Shown in pieces: positions 47,159-57,011 of a DNA stretch of 64,000 nucleotides. Source of the DNA: Candidatus Hydrogenedentota bacterium (GTDB lineage: Bacteria > Hydrogenedentota > Hydrogenedentia > Hydrogenedentales > SLHB01); NCBI GenBank assembly GCA_045863295.1, contig BTWA01000016.1, positions 31,058 through 95,057 on the forward strand. The letters are read 5' to 3'. A program made the position numbers and the translations under genes. Numbering within the stretch: position 1 is the stretch's first letter; every line of letters starts with the position of its first letter. The notes below the pieces were generated by a model that had not been told where the DNA came from, ran no database searches, and saw only the letters and a list, made by a program, of their open reading frames with translations.

Positions 47159-48709
47159 ATGTGGATCAGGGGCTATGGGTTGTTCTGGTCGGAATGGCGA
47201 AGAACCCGCAAGGGACTCTGCCTGGTGATCATCACTCAGCTTGCCTGCCTGGTTTTCGTGGCGGCGCGACCGGATGCCTCGTATTGGCCGTTGTTTGCCA
47301 TTGGCTTTGTTCCCTTGTTGTTCATGGCCCATCTGTTGGGGCGAGAGAGGATGCTGGTCAGCGAAGCTCTTTCCATTCCCCGTTGGGCCTTTCGGTTGCC
47401 GGCGGGCGCCTCCGAAATTGTGTTCTGGTTGTTGTTGTACCGCCTGGCGGCATTATTTCCTTTGACGGTCCTTTCGGCAATTCCTTTTCACTCCGGGGTG
47501 GCAATTGGCCGCAACTCTCTGTTCATGTATCCAATACTCTTACCCGTCTTCTTAGTGATCCAAATCGCGGCGTGGATACTCCCCGCGGCGGGAGTCAGAC
47601 CACGACTCGCGTTGCTGGCCATAGCTTATGCGTTTGGCGTCTTTGTTTTGCTTTCTTATTTTCGCGACGGTGTTGTGCATAGCTTGCCCGGTAATGCGGC
47701 ATTCACGCTTGGCAGCACGGTTGTGGCATTTTCTATTGCCGTCTACGCCGCCTTTACGCTGCGGAGCAATGGGACTTCCCGGGGCTGGTATACGCTGTTT
47801 CGCTTTTCCCCATACTGGACTGGTCGCGGCCAGGGTCACGTTTTTTCGACGCGCACTCAAGCATTGACATGGTTTACCCGGCAGGGTGTCGTGGGACGGC
47901 TCACCGTTTTTCTTTCGTTCGCAATCATTCTTTCCGCGGCCATCATCAATGTGGGCAGCTTATTCGAGGGAATCGAAGATGCCGTTCATTACCGGGAAAC
48001 GGTGTGGACCGCGGGGCTCTTCATGGTCATCACGATGGCGGGGATCGTGGGAACAGTATCGCTCGCGCTTGAGCAGGGATATTCACGCCGAGGTCACGGT
48101 TTTCTGGTTCGACAGCCTGTTCCGGAATCGGCGATTGCCTTGGGTAAGTTTGTGTTCGCCACTCAGGCAATCCTGCTGTGGGGCTGCATTCTAGTTGCGG
48201 CCTATGGCGCCCTGGCGCTATTTCTCCTCTGGTGGTCATTTGGCGCGGTGTTGAATCCACTGCCGCCCCACCCGATTTGGGCGTTTGCGCCGCTGTTATT
48301 GGTTGCCTCGTGGGTTTCGTATTGGCAGGTCTATGTCCTGTTTTCCAGTTGGATGGCCGTCAACAGTGTTGGGTACATCGCTTCGGCTCTGGCGCCTGAG
48401 GTGGCGCGAGGCTTCTGGGCGGCGCCTGGGCGGGAGGTCCCGGCCACGGCGTGTCTGGGCGCGCTGGTCATGCTGATCGTATTTGCGTTCGCCCATAGGC
48501 GCGGTGTAATTGGCCTTCCCACTATCGCGGCCTCCTTTGCCGTTTGTCTACTCCTGTCCGTGCTTGGTGTGTTCTCCATCCGTGCCTGTGGCTATCTGGA
48601 CACATGGGACATTGGCAAGCTCACTGTTTTTTGCGCGGCCGTGTCCGTGCTGGCCGTCGGACCCTTTGCGTCTGTACCCGCTTATATACATGTTCTGCGC
48701 CATCGGTAG
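47159..48709 (+). CDS. Multi-pass membrane protein, probable ABC permease
   Basis: Many hydrophobic helices; FLVRQPV...IALGKF ABC-2-like motif; directly follows the ATPase. Confidence 0.75.
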   Translation: MWIRGYGLFWSEWRRTRKGLCLVIITQLACLVFVAARPDASYWPLFAIGFVPLLFMAHLLGRERMLVSEALSIPRWAFRLPAGASEIVFWLLLYRLAALFPLTVLSAIPFHSGVAIGRNSLFMYPILLPVFLVIQIAAWILPAAGVRPRLALLAIAYAFGVFVLLSYFRDGVVHSLPGNAAFTLGSTVVAFSIAVYAAFTLRSNGTSRGWYTLFRFSPYWTGRGQGHVFSTRTQALTWFTRQGVVGRLTVFLSFAIILSAAIINVGSLFEGIEDAVHYRETVWTAGLFMVITMAGIVGTVSLALEQGYSRRGHGFLVRQPVPESAIALGKFVFATQAILLWGCILVAAYGALALFLLWWSFGAVLNPLPPHPIWAFAPLLLVASWVSYWQVYVLFSSWMAVNSVGYIASALAPEVARGFWAAPGREVPATACLGALVMLIVFAFAHRRGVIGLPTIAASFAVCLLLSVLGVFSIRACGYLDTWDIGKLTVFCAAVSVLAVGPFASVPAYIHVLRHR

Positions 48710-48731
48710 TGGCCAAAATGGGGGTAGTCAA

Positions 48732-50519
48732 ATGAAAAGCAGCCTCGCGACCGTTTGTGTTTTCGTGTGTGCGATCACAAACGCTGCTTTCTCTGCAACA
48801 GGATTTCCTGCATCCGATACAAAGGGCGACATCATATCATTTGATTACCATTCCGCTTCGTCACGCATGGCTGTGCAGTATATGTCTTGGCGTGACAGCC
48901 TTTGGGTCGATGTAGTTGATATGAAATCCGGGGATCGGGTTGCCCGCATTCCTTCGGCGAATGCCCCCGTATCGCCGCGGTTCGAGCCAGATGGCGAATC
49001 CATACTGTTTTTCGACAGCGTGGGCGCTATCAATCTTTTCGACATCAAGACTCAAACGGTGAAGCCTATGTTGTTCGACCGGGCCGCAGAGTGCGTGTTT
49101 CCAGGCTGGAGTCCGAATGCCGAATCGGTGCTCTACTATCAACGGCCGCGCGACCGTGTGCCGGATCCGTCTGTTCATCTGTACCAATTGGACATGGCAT
49201 CTCTGCAAACGGAGCGGCTGACCGACGACGCGGGCGTCATGGACATCACGCCGGTGTGGTCGCCTGATGGCAAACGCATTCTGTTTCGCCGCATGTCCGG
49301 GTTTGGTCCGCGCCAGACGCGCGCTGCGTGCATTCTCGAAGTCGTCACGGAGAAGGTAACACCGTTGTGCCCTGACGATCCGGGCGATGCCGTGGTCAGC
49401 CGGTTTCATTGGTCTCCGGACGGATCGCATGTGATCGCGATGAAGACGCAACGGGCACAGGGCACGCCGCCTGGCACTCTGAAACTCGTGCGCGTAGACG
49501 ACGCCAAAGTTATCTGGGACATTGAAGAGTCCGGCCTTGAGGATGCCGCATTTCTTTCATCCGGGCGCATTCTCGGAATCACTGATGAGGGGTTTTGTTG
49601 GATAGATGCGGCCGATGGCGCAATCGGAAACCGTTTTGCATTTGCGGAAACGGGATCGTGCAGACGCGACGTAAACGGTCCGGTGCTCGGTATCGACGGA
49701 GACGATGTCTTGTTCTTGAGCGACAAGAGGTCGATTTATCGGGTTACTCCCGGGGGTTCGTCTTCGGTTGTTCTCGATCCCGAAGCCGAGCCCCTACCGG
49801 TATGCGAGCAGTCGGAATATCGCGTCGCGTCGGATGACGGGTTTTCGGTGCCGGTGAAGCGATTCACGCCGCCCAATGCAAAGCCTTTGGCGGTAATGGT
49901 TGTGATTGGCGGACCGGGCGCGCCTATCGATCCGGACATGGATCCGATCATTGGCGTGCTCATCGAGGCGGGATACGAGGTTGCCGTTCCCGCCTATCGC
50001 GGGTGTAACGGGTATGGTCCAGAGCACCTCGCCGCCGGACGGGGGGAGTGGGGTAACGCAGACGTGCTGGACGTTGTCGCCGCGGGCAACGACTGGAAGC
50101 AACGGTCGGAGCGTCCGCTTGCGGTTGTGGGGTACAGCTACGGCGGCTACCTGACGCTGTTGGCGCTGGCGCGCGACGACGCCCCGTGGCTTGGGGGTGC
50201 GACCCTTTGGGGGATGCTGAGTCTCCAGCCGCCGTTGCTCAGCATGATCGAAGCGACGGTCCCCGCGGAATCGATCAAGGCAGTGATTGCCGCTCGATCT
50301 CCGTTGGCGCAGGCCAGCCATATCGACCGGCCACTCTTACTGCTTCACGGCGCGCTTGACGGCGGCGCGACAACGGAAGAGGCGATGTCCTTGGCAAAGG
50401 CAATCGCGCATGCCCAATTGCATGTGTACAAAAATGATGCTCACGGCCTGTCCTTGAACCGTGGAGACGTAATCCACAGGTTGACGGCATTTCTGGTTGG
50501 CCCGCCGCTCACACCGTGA
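48732..50519 (+). CDS. S9 family (prolyl oligopeptidase-like) peptidase with TolB-like propeller
   Basis: Signal peptide; WSPDG blades; IGGP, YRGCNGYG, GYSYGG nucleophile, LLLHGALD, DAHG. Confidence 0.88.
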   Translation: MKSSLATVCVFVCAITNAAFSATGFPASDTKGDIISFDYHSASSRMAVQYMSWRDSLWVDVVDMKSGDRVARIPSANAPVSPRFEPDGESILFFDSVGAINLFDIKTQTVKPMLFDRAAECVFPGWSPNAESVLYYQRPRDRVPDPSVHLYQLDMASLQTERLTDDAGVMDITPVWSPDGKRILFRRMSGFGPRQTRAACILEVVTEKVTPLCPDDPGDAVVSRFHWSPDGSHVIAMKTQRAQGTPPGTLKLVRVDDAKVIWDIEESGLEDAAFLSSGRILGITDEGFCWIDAADGAIGNRFAFAETGSCRRDVNGPVLGIDGDDVLFLSDKRSIYRVTPGGSSSVVLDPEAEPLPVCEQSEYRVASDDGFSVPVKRFTPPNAKPLAVMVVIGGPGAPIDPDMDPIIGVLIEAGYEVAVPAYRGCNGYGPEHLAAGRGEWGNADVLDVVAAGNDWKQRSERPLAVVGYSYGGYLTLLALARDDAPWLGGATLWGMLSLQPPLLSMIEATVPAESIKAVIAARSPLAQASHIDRPLLLLHGALDGGATTEEAMSLAKAIAHAQLHVYKNDAHGLSLNRGDVIHRLTAFLVGPPLTP

Positions 50520-50635
50520 CGCGATACATGCGCGTAGTCGAAGTGCAGGTTACTTAGGCGAATTCTGTGCCGATTCGCATCCTGCAGCCGGTTTCGTGTA
50601 CCTTCCAGCCTTCACACTACCGGGAGGGCGCGGGC

Positions 50636-51454
50636 ATGTTGATCAGCAGCTATTTTCCGAAGGATTCCTTCAAGGGCAAGACCGTGTTTATCACCGGTGG
50701 CGCGGGGAGCATCAATTTTGGCATTGCGAAGAATTTTGCTGCGCTGGGGGCGAACATCGGCATGTGCGGACGCACGGCGGAGAAACTGGAAGCGGCCTGC
50801 AAGGAACTCGAGGGCATGGGGGTGAAAACGGCCCATCAGGCGGCTGACGTGCGGGATTACAAGGCGCTCGAGGCCTCCATACACCACACGCGCGACACGC
50901 TCGGTCCGATCGACGTGCTCGTGTGCGCCGCGGCGGGCAATTTCCCTTGCCCGGCGGAGGGGCTCAGCGCGAACGGGTTCAAATCGGTCATAGACATTGA
51001 CGTGCTCGGCACGTTCAACGCGTGCCGCGCCGCCATCGATCAACTCAAGGAGACGAAAGGTAACGTCATCTTCATCTCCGCGGGCCAGGCGTACATGCCG
51101 TATGCGCTGCAATGCCATGTGGGCGCCGCCAAGGCTGCGAACGACAACCTCATGAAGAACCTCGCCCTTGAGTGGGGCCCCTACGGCATCCGCTGCAACA
51201 GCATCGTGCCGGGCCCCATCGCAGGGACGGAGGGCATGAAACGTCTCGCCCCGGGGGAGATCGGCGAAAAGCTCAATGAGCACATTCCGCTACGCCGACA
51301 TGGTCAGATCGATGACATCGGCCAGGCGGCTGTGTTCCTCGCCTCGCCGCTCGCGAGCTACATCACGGGCACGGTCCTCGTTGTGGATGGCGGCCAGAAC
51401 CTGCCCGGTTCCGGCGGTTTTCAACAAGCGTTGATGGAGGCGATGGGCGGGTAG
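50636..51454 (+). CDS. SDR oxidoreductase, 2,4-dienoyl-CoA reductase-like
   Basis: FITGGAGSINFGIA, CAAAGNF, LSANGFKSVIDID, GAAKAANDNL, EWGPYGIRCNSIVPG, VVDGG. Confidence 0.9.
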   Translation: MLISSYFPKDSFKGKTVFITGGAGSINFGIAKNFAALGANIGMCGRTAEKLEAACKELEGMGVKTAHQAADVRDYKALEASIHHTRDTLGPIDVLVCAAAGNFPCPAEGLSANGFKSVIDIDVLGTFNACRAAIDQLKETKGNVIFISAGQAYMPYALQCHVGAAKAANDNLMKNLALEWGPYGIRCNSIVPGPIAGTEGMKRLAPGEIGEKLNEHIPLRRHGQIDDIGQAAVFLASPLASYITGTVLVVDGGQNLPGSGGFQQALMEAMGG

Positions 51455-51602
51455 TAGAAGCGCGTTCCAGCCACGTTCACAACGCAGCAGCAACAAAAAA
51501 AGCTTCGAATGGTATGCGACTCACCTTCACTAATTGTAAGACGGATCAGTCAACGTTTTTGTGAAAGAAGTTGCAGACCACCGTCAACGTGCAGGTGGCA
51601 CG

Positions 51603-51624
51603 AAAGCGGCTAGAAGCCGCTTTT
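51603..51624. terminator. Bidirectional intrinsic terminator
   Basis: AAAGCGGC-TAGAA-GCCGCTTTT between the convergent SDR and cytochrome genes. Confidence 0.75.
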
Positions 51625-51704
51625 ACTGTGAAAACTGTTGCCGCGCCCGTGAATTGCACGGACGCGGCGGTGGTGTCGTCTATTGGAGGTTCGTCGACTG
51701 TGTG

Positions 51705-53645
51705 TTATGGGGCGTCGCCCTTGGCGGATTCGGGGTGCGGATCTTCGCCGGTGACGCGCTTGTATTCGATCGGATGCCGTTCTTTGAAGTCTTCCTTGGT
51801 AATGTGGCCGGTGACCCATGACCAGTTCATGGGGTAGGTCTCGGGATCGAGAATCATGTAGAACAGGTGCCACACGACGATGGTGCCCACGGCGAGCCAT
51901 GCTTCGTAGAAGTGGATGAGCGCAAGGATATCGAGTGCGACTTTGGGGAAGTGCGCGAGGAAATCGTTCGCGAACCACATGCAGAATCCGGTGACGATCA
52001 TGAGGATCGAACCCCACCACAATCCCCAGTACTCCAGTTTTTCCTTATAGCTGTACCGGTCGTATTTCGGCTGCACGTCGCTGAGACCGGAGATGTATTT
52101 CAGGTTGGCGGCAATGTCTTGGGCGTCTTTCCATCGGAGCATCAACGCCCACAACTCGCCTCGGCCGCGCCTTGTGAGCAGGATGTACAGCAGGTTGGCG
52201 CCCATGACAAAGCAGAACAGCACGGCGGCTTCCCGGTGCACAATACCGCGGAAGGCAAGTCCCTTGTCGCCAAAGAACATGAGTTGCGTAAACCAAGTGT
52301 CGGGGTAGCGCAGGGCAAAGCCGGAAATTGCCAGCACGGTAAACGAGATGAACAGCAGGAAGTGGCCGATCACTTCGCCCTTGTTGAATCGCCGGTACTT
52401 GTCTTTGGCCCTTCGCTCCATGAACAGTTTTGCCAACAGGTGGCGCATCATCAACAGCAAGTTGTGCAGAATCATGGAACCGAGGATAAGCGCGATGAGC
52501 CACAGGTAGACGATGCGCACGATGCCCAGCGCTTTTTGCCCTGGGTCGGTGGGCATGATGTGCACTTTACCCACGGCGAAATTCGGTCCGGCCTCTTTGT
52601 GGCAGGAGCTGCATGTCTGCACGAGATTGGCCGGGTGGATGCTGGACTTGGGATCGCTCGCGCCGAGGATGTTGTGCACTCCGTGGCAACTGGTGCACGT
52701 CGCCACGACGGTGGATCCGGCGCGACTGGCCATGCCGTGGTAACTGTCCATGTAGCTTGCGGACCGCATGGTCTCGATTCCGTACCGGGACATTACCTTT
52801 TCGTCTTCGTGGCATTGTGGACAGGTCATGCGGGCCACGTTTTGCAGGCTCACGGGCGAACTGTCGGTGGTGGATGGTTCAATATCGTGTTCCCCGTGGC
52901 AGTCGGTGCAATTAGGCGCATCCTTGATTCCCGCAGCCAGTGCTTTGCCATGGATACTCAGGTTGAATTCCTCGACGGTCTCCGCGTGGCACTTGGCGCA
53001 CGTTTGGGGCACGTTCTGGCGGTTCACCGGGGATCTGGGATCTTGGGACGGCTCGATATTGTGCGTGCCGTGGCAATCGTTGCACACGGCGGCTTCGAGG
53101 TTGTTGTCTTCGAACAGGGCCTTTGCGTGAATGCTCTTCAAGTATGAATCGGAGGGGTGCGCCACTGAAATCATATGCGATTTCACAATCGCGGGATCGG
53201 AGTGGCATTCTCCGCAGGTTTTTGCGAGATTAAACGGGTGAACCATGGAGAGTGGATCGTCCGCTGGACGCATGTCGTGTTTTCCGTGGCATGCGGCGCA
53301 AGTCGCGGAATCGGGATCGCCGGCGCGCATGGCACGGCCGTGCAGGCTTGCCTCGTACTCTTCGGTCTCGGCATGGCATGTGCCGCAATTAACGGGCGCG
53401 AGGTTCTCGGGGTGCGGCAATTCGGTAATATCGGCATGGCAGGATGTGCATCCGATACTGTTGTGCACGGAGTGGTCGTATACTTCCTTATCGATGTACA
53501 TCGACAATTCGACGCCCGACTCCAGCGTCTTGGTAATGTCGGGCTCGGCATGACACATGAAGCAATCCGCGTCTTCCTGGGCGGAAGCCGCGGGTGCGAC
53601 GAACAGTATTGCCGCGCACAGGAATACCGGCCATATCCTGATCAT
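51705..53645 (-). CDS. Multiheme c-type cytochrome (11 CxxCH) fused to a b-type cytochrome (FdnI/HydC-like) membrane domain
   Basis: Signal peptide; CFMCH, CTSCH, CGTCH, CAACH, CGECH, CNDCH, CAKCH, CTDCH, CPQCH, CTSCH, CSSCH; about 5 C-terminal TM helices with His residues; KYDRYSYKEKLEYW motif. Confidence 0.93.
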   Translation of the reverse strand: MIRIWPVFLCAAILFVAPAASAQEDADCFMCHAEPDITKTLESGVELSMYIDKEVYDHSVHNSIGCTSCHADITELPHPENLAPVNCGTCHAETEEYEASLHGRAMRAGDPDSATCAACHGKHDMRPADDPLSMVHPFNLAKTCGECHSDPAIVKSHMISVAHPSDSYLKSIHAKALFEDNNLEAAVCNDCHGTHNIEPSQDPRSPVNRQNVPQTCAKCHAETVEEFNLSIHGKALAAGIKDAPNCTDCHGEHDIEPSTTDSSPVSLQNVARMTCPQCHEDEKVMSRYGIETMRSASYMDSYHGMASRAGSTVVATCTSCHGVHNILGASDPKSSIHPANLVQTCSSCHKEAGPNFAVGKVHIMPTDPGQKALGIVRIVYLWLIALILGSMILHNLLLMMRHLLAKLFMERRAKDKYRRFNKGEVIGHFLLFISFTVLAISGFALRYPDTWFTQLMFFGDKGLAFRGIVHREAAVLFCFVMGANLLYILLTRRGRGELWALMLRWKDAQDIAANLKYISGLSDVQPKYDRYSYKEKLEYWGLWWGSILMIVTGFCMWFANDFLAHFPKVALDILALIHFYEAWLAVGTIVVWHLFYMILDPETYPMNWSWVTGHITKEDFKERHPIEYKRVTGEDPHPESAKGDAP

Positions 53646-53819
53646 GGGATCCCCCGTTTCGGATAAGGGACATGTTCACGCGGCGTCAGGGGGTAATCGG
53701 CGTGGTGAGCCGCGATCATTTATACCGCCGGGGGTGCGGCTTTCGTATACCTATTATCGCCCTTTTTCCGCGGGAAATCAAGTCTGCCGCAAATACGACA
53801 GACACAGTGTACGAGTATG

Positions 53820-54776
53820 TTATTGATTCGACGATTGTCCGGCCATCTGCTGAAACATGTTGGCTGCCTGCTGCACATACCGTTCCGCTTGCGCGTACTG
53901 GTCGGGTTCGAGTTGTTCCGATAGCCGGACCAGGCCCGCGTTCAGCGCGTTGAGTTGCGCCTGATTGAAGTTGTCGCGCGTGTACGGCGCATCGGACTGG
54001 TTAAAGGTATCCAGGTGCGTGGCCAGTTCCTCGGCAAACACATCGCGCACGGCCCAGCGGTTTTCTTCGACCAGGCCTTGCGCCATCATCGTGAGCTGGC
54101 CGTCCAGCACGATGCGATACATGGCTTCGTCGGAGGTTTCGTCGTAAGCATCCCATTGGGCAAGGGCATCGCGGTTCAGTTCTTTTGCCAACTGTTCGCG
54201 AAGGCGTCCCTCAATCTCTTCTTGCCGGGCATGTGCTTCTTTTGCGGTTAACTTGCCTTCGCCCATATCGCGCAGCATGGTACGCTGGGCCTCCAACGAA
54301 GCATCCGCCAAGTATCCACGCAGACGCGCTTCGGCGTCTTCGGGCAATGCCCATTGGGCGATAAGGTCGTCGTAAAGCATGCCCAACAACACATCCACTT
54401 GAGCGCGCTGCGCACGTTCCATGGCATCGGGTTGCGGATCTCCTTCCGGTTCAGCCGTCGCGGGCGGTTCGACGGTCTCGGGTGAGGCGTCCTCCACGCG
54501 GGTTTCAACGATTCCTTCGGTCTGAGGGGCGTCGCCGCGCATGGCAAACAGGCGCTGCATGTCATTCACCTGGAGTTCCAATTCTTGTATGCGCGCTTTA
54601 GAATCCAAGGCCGACGACTCTACTTCTTTCATGGCAGCCTGCAACTGTTCCTCCAATTGTTCAATCCGATCTCCCGCCAGGGCAAGAGCTCGTTGCGCCG
54701 TGAAATATTTCTGTGCGAATACGCCCGCACAGATCACCACAATCAATACCACGACCCCGACGGCAATATTCTTCAT
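53820..54776 (-). CDS. Hypothetical protein with N-terminal anchor, coiled coil and helical domain
   Basis: 318-aa ORF, GGAGG-like RBS, hydrophobic N-terminus, heptad-rich segment. Confidence 0.7.
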   Translation of the reverse strand: MKNIAVGVVVLIVVICAGVFAQKYFTAQRALALAGDRIEQLEEQLQAAMKEVESSALDSKARIQELELQVNDMQRLFAMRGDAPQTEGIVETRVEDASPETVEPPATAEPEGDPQPDAMERAQRAQVDVLLGMLYDDLIAQWALPEDAEARLRGYLADASLEAQRTMLRDMGEGKLTAKEAHARQEEIEGRLREQLAKELNRDALAQWDAYDETSDEAMYRIVLDGQLTMMAQGLVEENRWAVRDVFAEELATHLDTFNQSDAPYTRDNFNQAQLNALNAGLVRLSEQLEPDQYAQAERYVQQAANMFQQMAGQSSNQ

Positions 54777-55003
54777 GGCCCGGTCCTCCCGCCAAAAAAG
54801 GCATGGGGCGTTTTACTCAAGTTCCGGCCCCATTGTGGCACAAATCGGCCGGTCTGTCTTTATCCTTTTCGCGGGTCCTCTGCAGCGTTTTCCCTTGCGA
54901 ATGATGGCGGCCAAACGAAACAATGGGCTGCTGGCCCTTGCCGACTTTGGCCAGAAGTGTTCCGGGGCCGTTGATTGGGTGTGTCTTAAACGGGGGAAAA
55001 GCG

Positions 55004-57001
55004 ATGTTGGGATTCTCTATGGCTTTTGCCAGCGTTGTCTGGGCTGCGACTGGGACAGCCCCGCAGGAACTCGAGGTCGGTCTGGCGCCCTTTTTTCCAC
55101 GCCTGGAGCCGCTCTTCGATTCGCTGGATTTGTCCAGGGCCGAACTTGCGGCCGTGGAGTCGGCGGTTTCCGCGCGGGATTGGGGTCAAGCGTGCGCCGG
55201 GCTTGTCGACCATTACCGGCACACCCAAGCCCCCGTGCTTCCGTATGTCTCCGTGACCCCGGCGGGCGAGGATGTTCTTGCCCGTGCCGATGCTGTGTTG
55301 CGGGACGAGATGACCTTTTATGATCAAACGGCCACCGTGCCGCGCAATGCGGACGGGGGCCTGCAATGGGATTTTACCGGGCCTGCGGGCGACAAGGAAT
55401 GGGCTTGGGCCTTGAATCGCCATTTTCATCTGGACTGGTTGCTTGACGCTTATCTTCAGACGCGGGATCCGAAGTATGCGGCGGCATGGGACGCCCACGT
55501 TCGGGACTGGGTACTACACAATCCGTTTGCGGAGCCCGAACAGAATCCGCTGGTGTGGCGGGGGCTGGAAACGTTTTTTCGCGTGCGCGCATGGGCTCGC
55601 GGATTTTTTGCGCTGCAGAACGAAGACGCATTCACAGCGGAGACGCGCGTACTGCTCTTGTCGAGCATTCCGGATCATGCACGGTATCTTCGCAATTTTC
55701 ACAAGGACACGAGCAACTGGATCGCCATGGAATTGAATGGCCTCGCCATTGCGGGCGTAGCGTGGCCCGAATTCAAAGATTCGGAATCGTGGGTGAATTA
55801 CAGTGTGGATCGCCTGACGAAGGAACTTTCGGCACAAGTATATCCCGACGGTGCGCAGATGGAATTGACGGCCAGTTATCATCGCGTCACCTTGTGGAAC
55901 TTTCAAGGGTTTGCGGAACTGATCGAAAAGAACGGCTACACACTGCCGGACGCCTTCGCGTCGACCGTGGAAAACATGTGGAACTATCTGGCATACACGC
56001 TTCAACCCGCCGGATACTCGCCGCTGAACAACGATTCCGATCTTGATCTGAATGCGCCCCGGTTAATCGATCAGGCCGCCGTCTTCGATCGGCCAGACTG
56101 GGCGTACGTTGCCTCAAACGGAGCGCAAGGAACTCAGCCTAACGGTTCGCCGTCCCGGTCATTTGGCTGGGCAGGGCAACTGATTTCCCGAAGCGGATGG
56201 GATCGGGACGCCCATTGGTCCTTTTTTGACCTTGGGCCCATGGGCATCGGGCACTATCATTTCGACAAGCTTCACTTCTCGTTGTCGGCCCATGGCCGCG
56301 ACATTCTGGTGGACGGTGGACGCTACACCTATATGCGTGGAGACTGGCGAAAATACTTTATAGGGTCGGCCAGTCACAACGTGATACTGATCGACGGGCA
56401 AGGGCAGTTGAACCACCCGTCACAATCCGATTCGCCCTTGGATAGTCAAATGGTGATTGCACGCGATTACGATCTGGCGTACGGCAGATTCGACGGTGGA
56501 TTCTCGGACGTTCCGGGCGAGGCTATTCATGAGCGTCTTGTCTACTACCAGCGCGAAGCATTCTGGATTGTAATTGATCGAATTCAGACGGATCGGCCAC
56601 GGCACATCACTGCGCTCTGGCATTTTCATCCGGAATGCACAGTCGCAGTCGACAATCTCGATTGTGTCAGCACGGACGACGCCAAAGGAAATGTGCGGAT
56701 TGCTCCTTCGGGCACGGCGTGGTCCGTTGCGGCAGTCAAGGGACAGGAGTCCCCTTCGATTCAAGGATGGTGGAGCCGGGAATACAACCACAAGGCGCCC
56801 TCATCCACCGCGGTATACGAAATGGATGCGCAGGACTCCGTGGCCTTTGCGTGGTTGCTGCTTCCCGCCAAGGGGATTCCGCCCGCGGCGGCGTTGGATT
56901 TATCCATCCATGGAGATACGGCGGAGTGTACCGTGAAATCGGATGGCCTGAACGAGAAACTTGCGTTTCGATTTACGGCAACGCCTGTGCGAATCGAATA
57001 A
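55004..57001 (+). CDS. Heparinase II/III family polysaccharide lyase
   Basis: LNRH..L, NWIAME, VYPDGAQMELTASYH, FFDLGP.G.GHYHFDKLHF, DGGRYTY, SHNVILIDG. Confidence 0.92.
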   Translation: MLGFSMAFASVVWAATGTAPQELEVGLAPFFPRLEPLFDSLDLSRAELAAVESAVSARDWGQACAGLVDHYRHTQAPVLPYVSVTPAGEDVLARADAVLRDEMTFYDQTATVPRNADGGLQWDFTGPAGDKEWAWALNRHFHLDWLLDAYLQTRDPKYAAAWDAHVRDWVLHNPFAEPEQNPLVWRGLETFFRVRAWARGFFALQNEDAFTAETRVLLLSSIPDHARYLRNFHKDTSNWIAMELNGLAIAGVAWPEFKDSESWVNYSVDRLTKELSAQVYPDGAQMELTASYHRVTLWNFQGFAELIEKNGYTLPDAFASTVENMWNYLAYTLQPAGYSPLNNDSDLDLNAPRLIDQAAVFDRPDWAYVASNGAQGTQPNGSPSRSFGWAGQLISRSGWDRDAHWSFFDLGPMGIGHYHFDKLHFSLSAHGRDILVDGGRYTYMRGDWRKYFIGSASHNVILIDGQGQLNHPSQSDSPLDSQMVIARDYDLAYGRFDGGFSDVPGEAIHERLVYYQREAFWIVIDRIQTDRPRHITALWHFHPECTVAVDNLDCVSTDDAKGNVRIAPSGTAWSVAAVKGQESPSIQGWWSREYNHKAPSSTAVYEMDAQDSVAFAWLLLPAKGIPPAAALDLSIHGDTAECTVKSDGLNEKLAFRFTATPVRIE

Positions 57002-57011
57002 GCCTGGGGAA

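Noticed and set aside
7105-53147. Long antisense ORFs such as 7105..8211, 8479..9522, 18133..19359, 23786..25195, 34274..35707, 40523..42010 and 51867..53147
   Set aside because: Each lies opposite a gene with clear family motifs and has Arg/His/Pro-rich composition typical of antisense frames in high-GC DNA.
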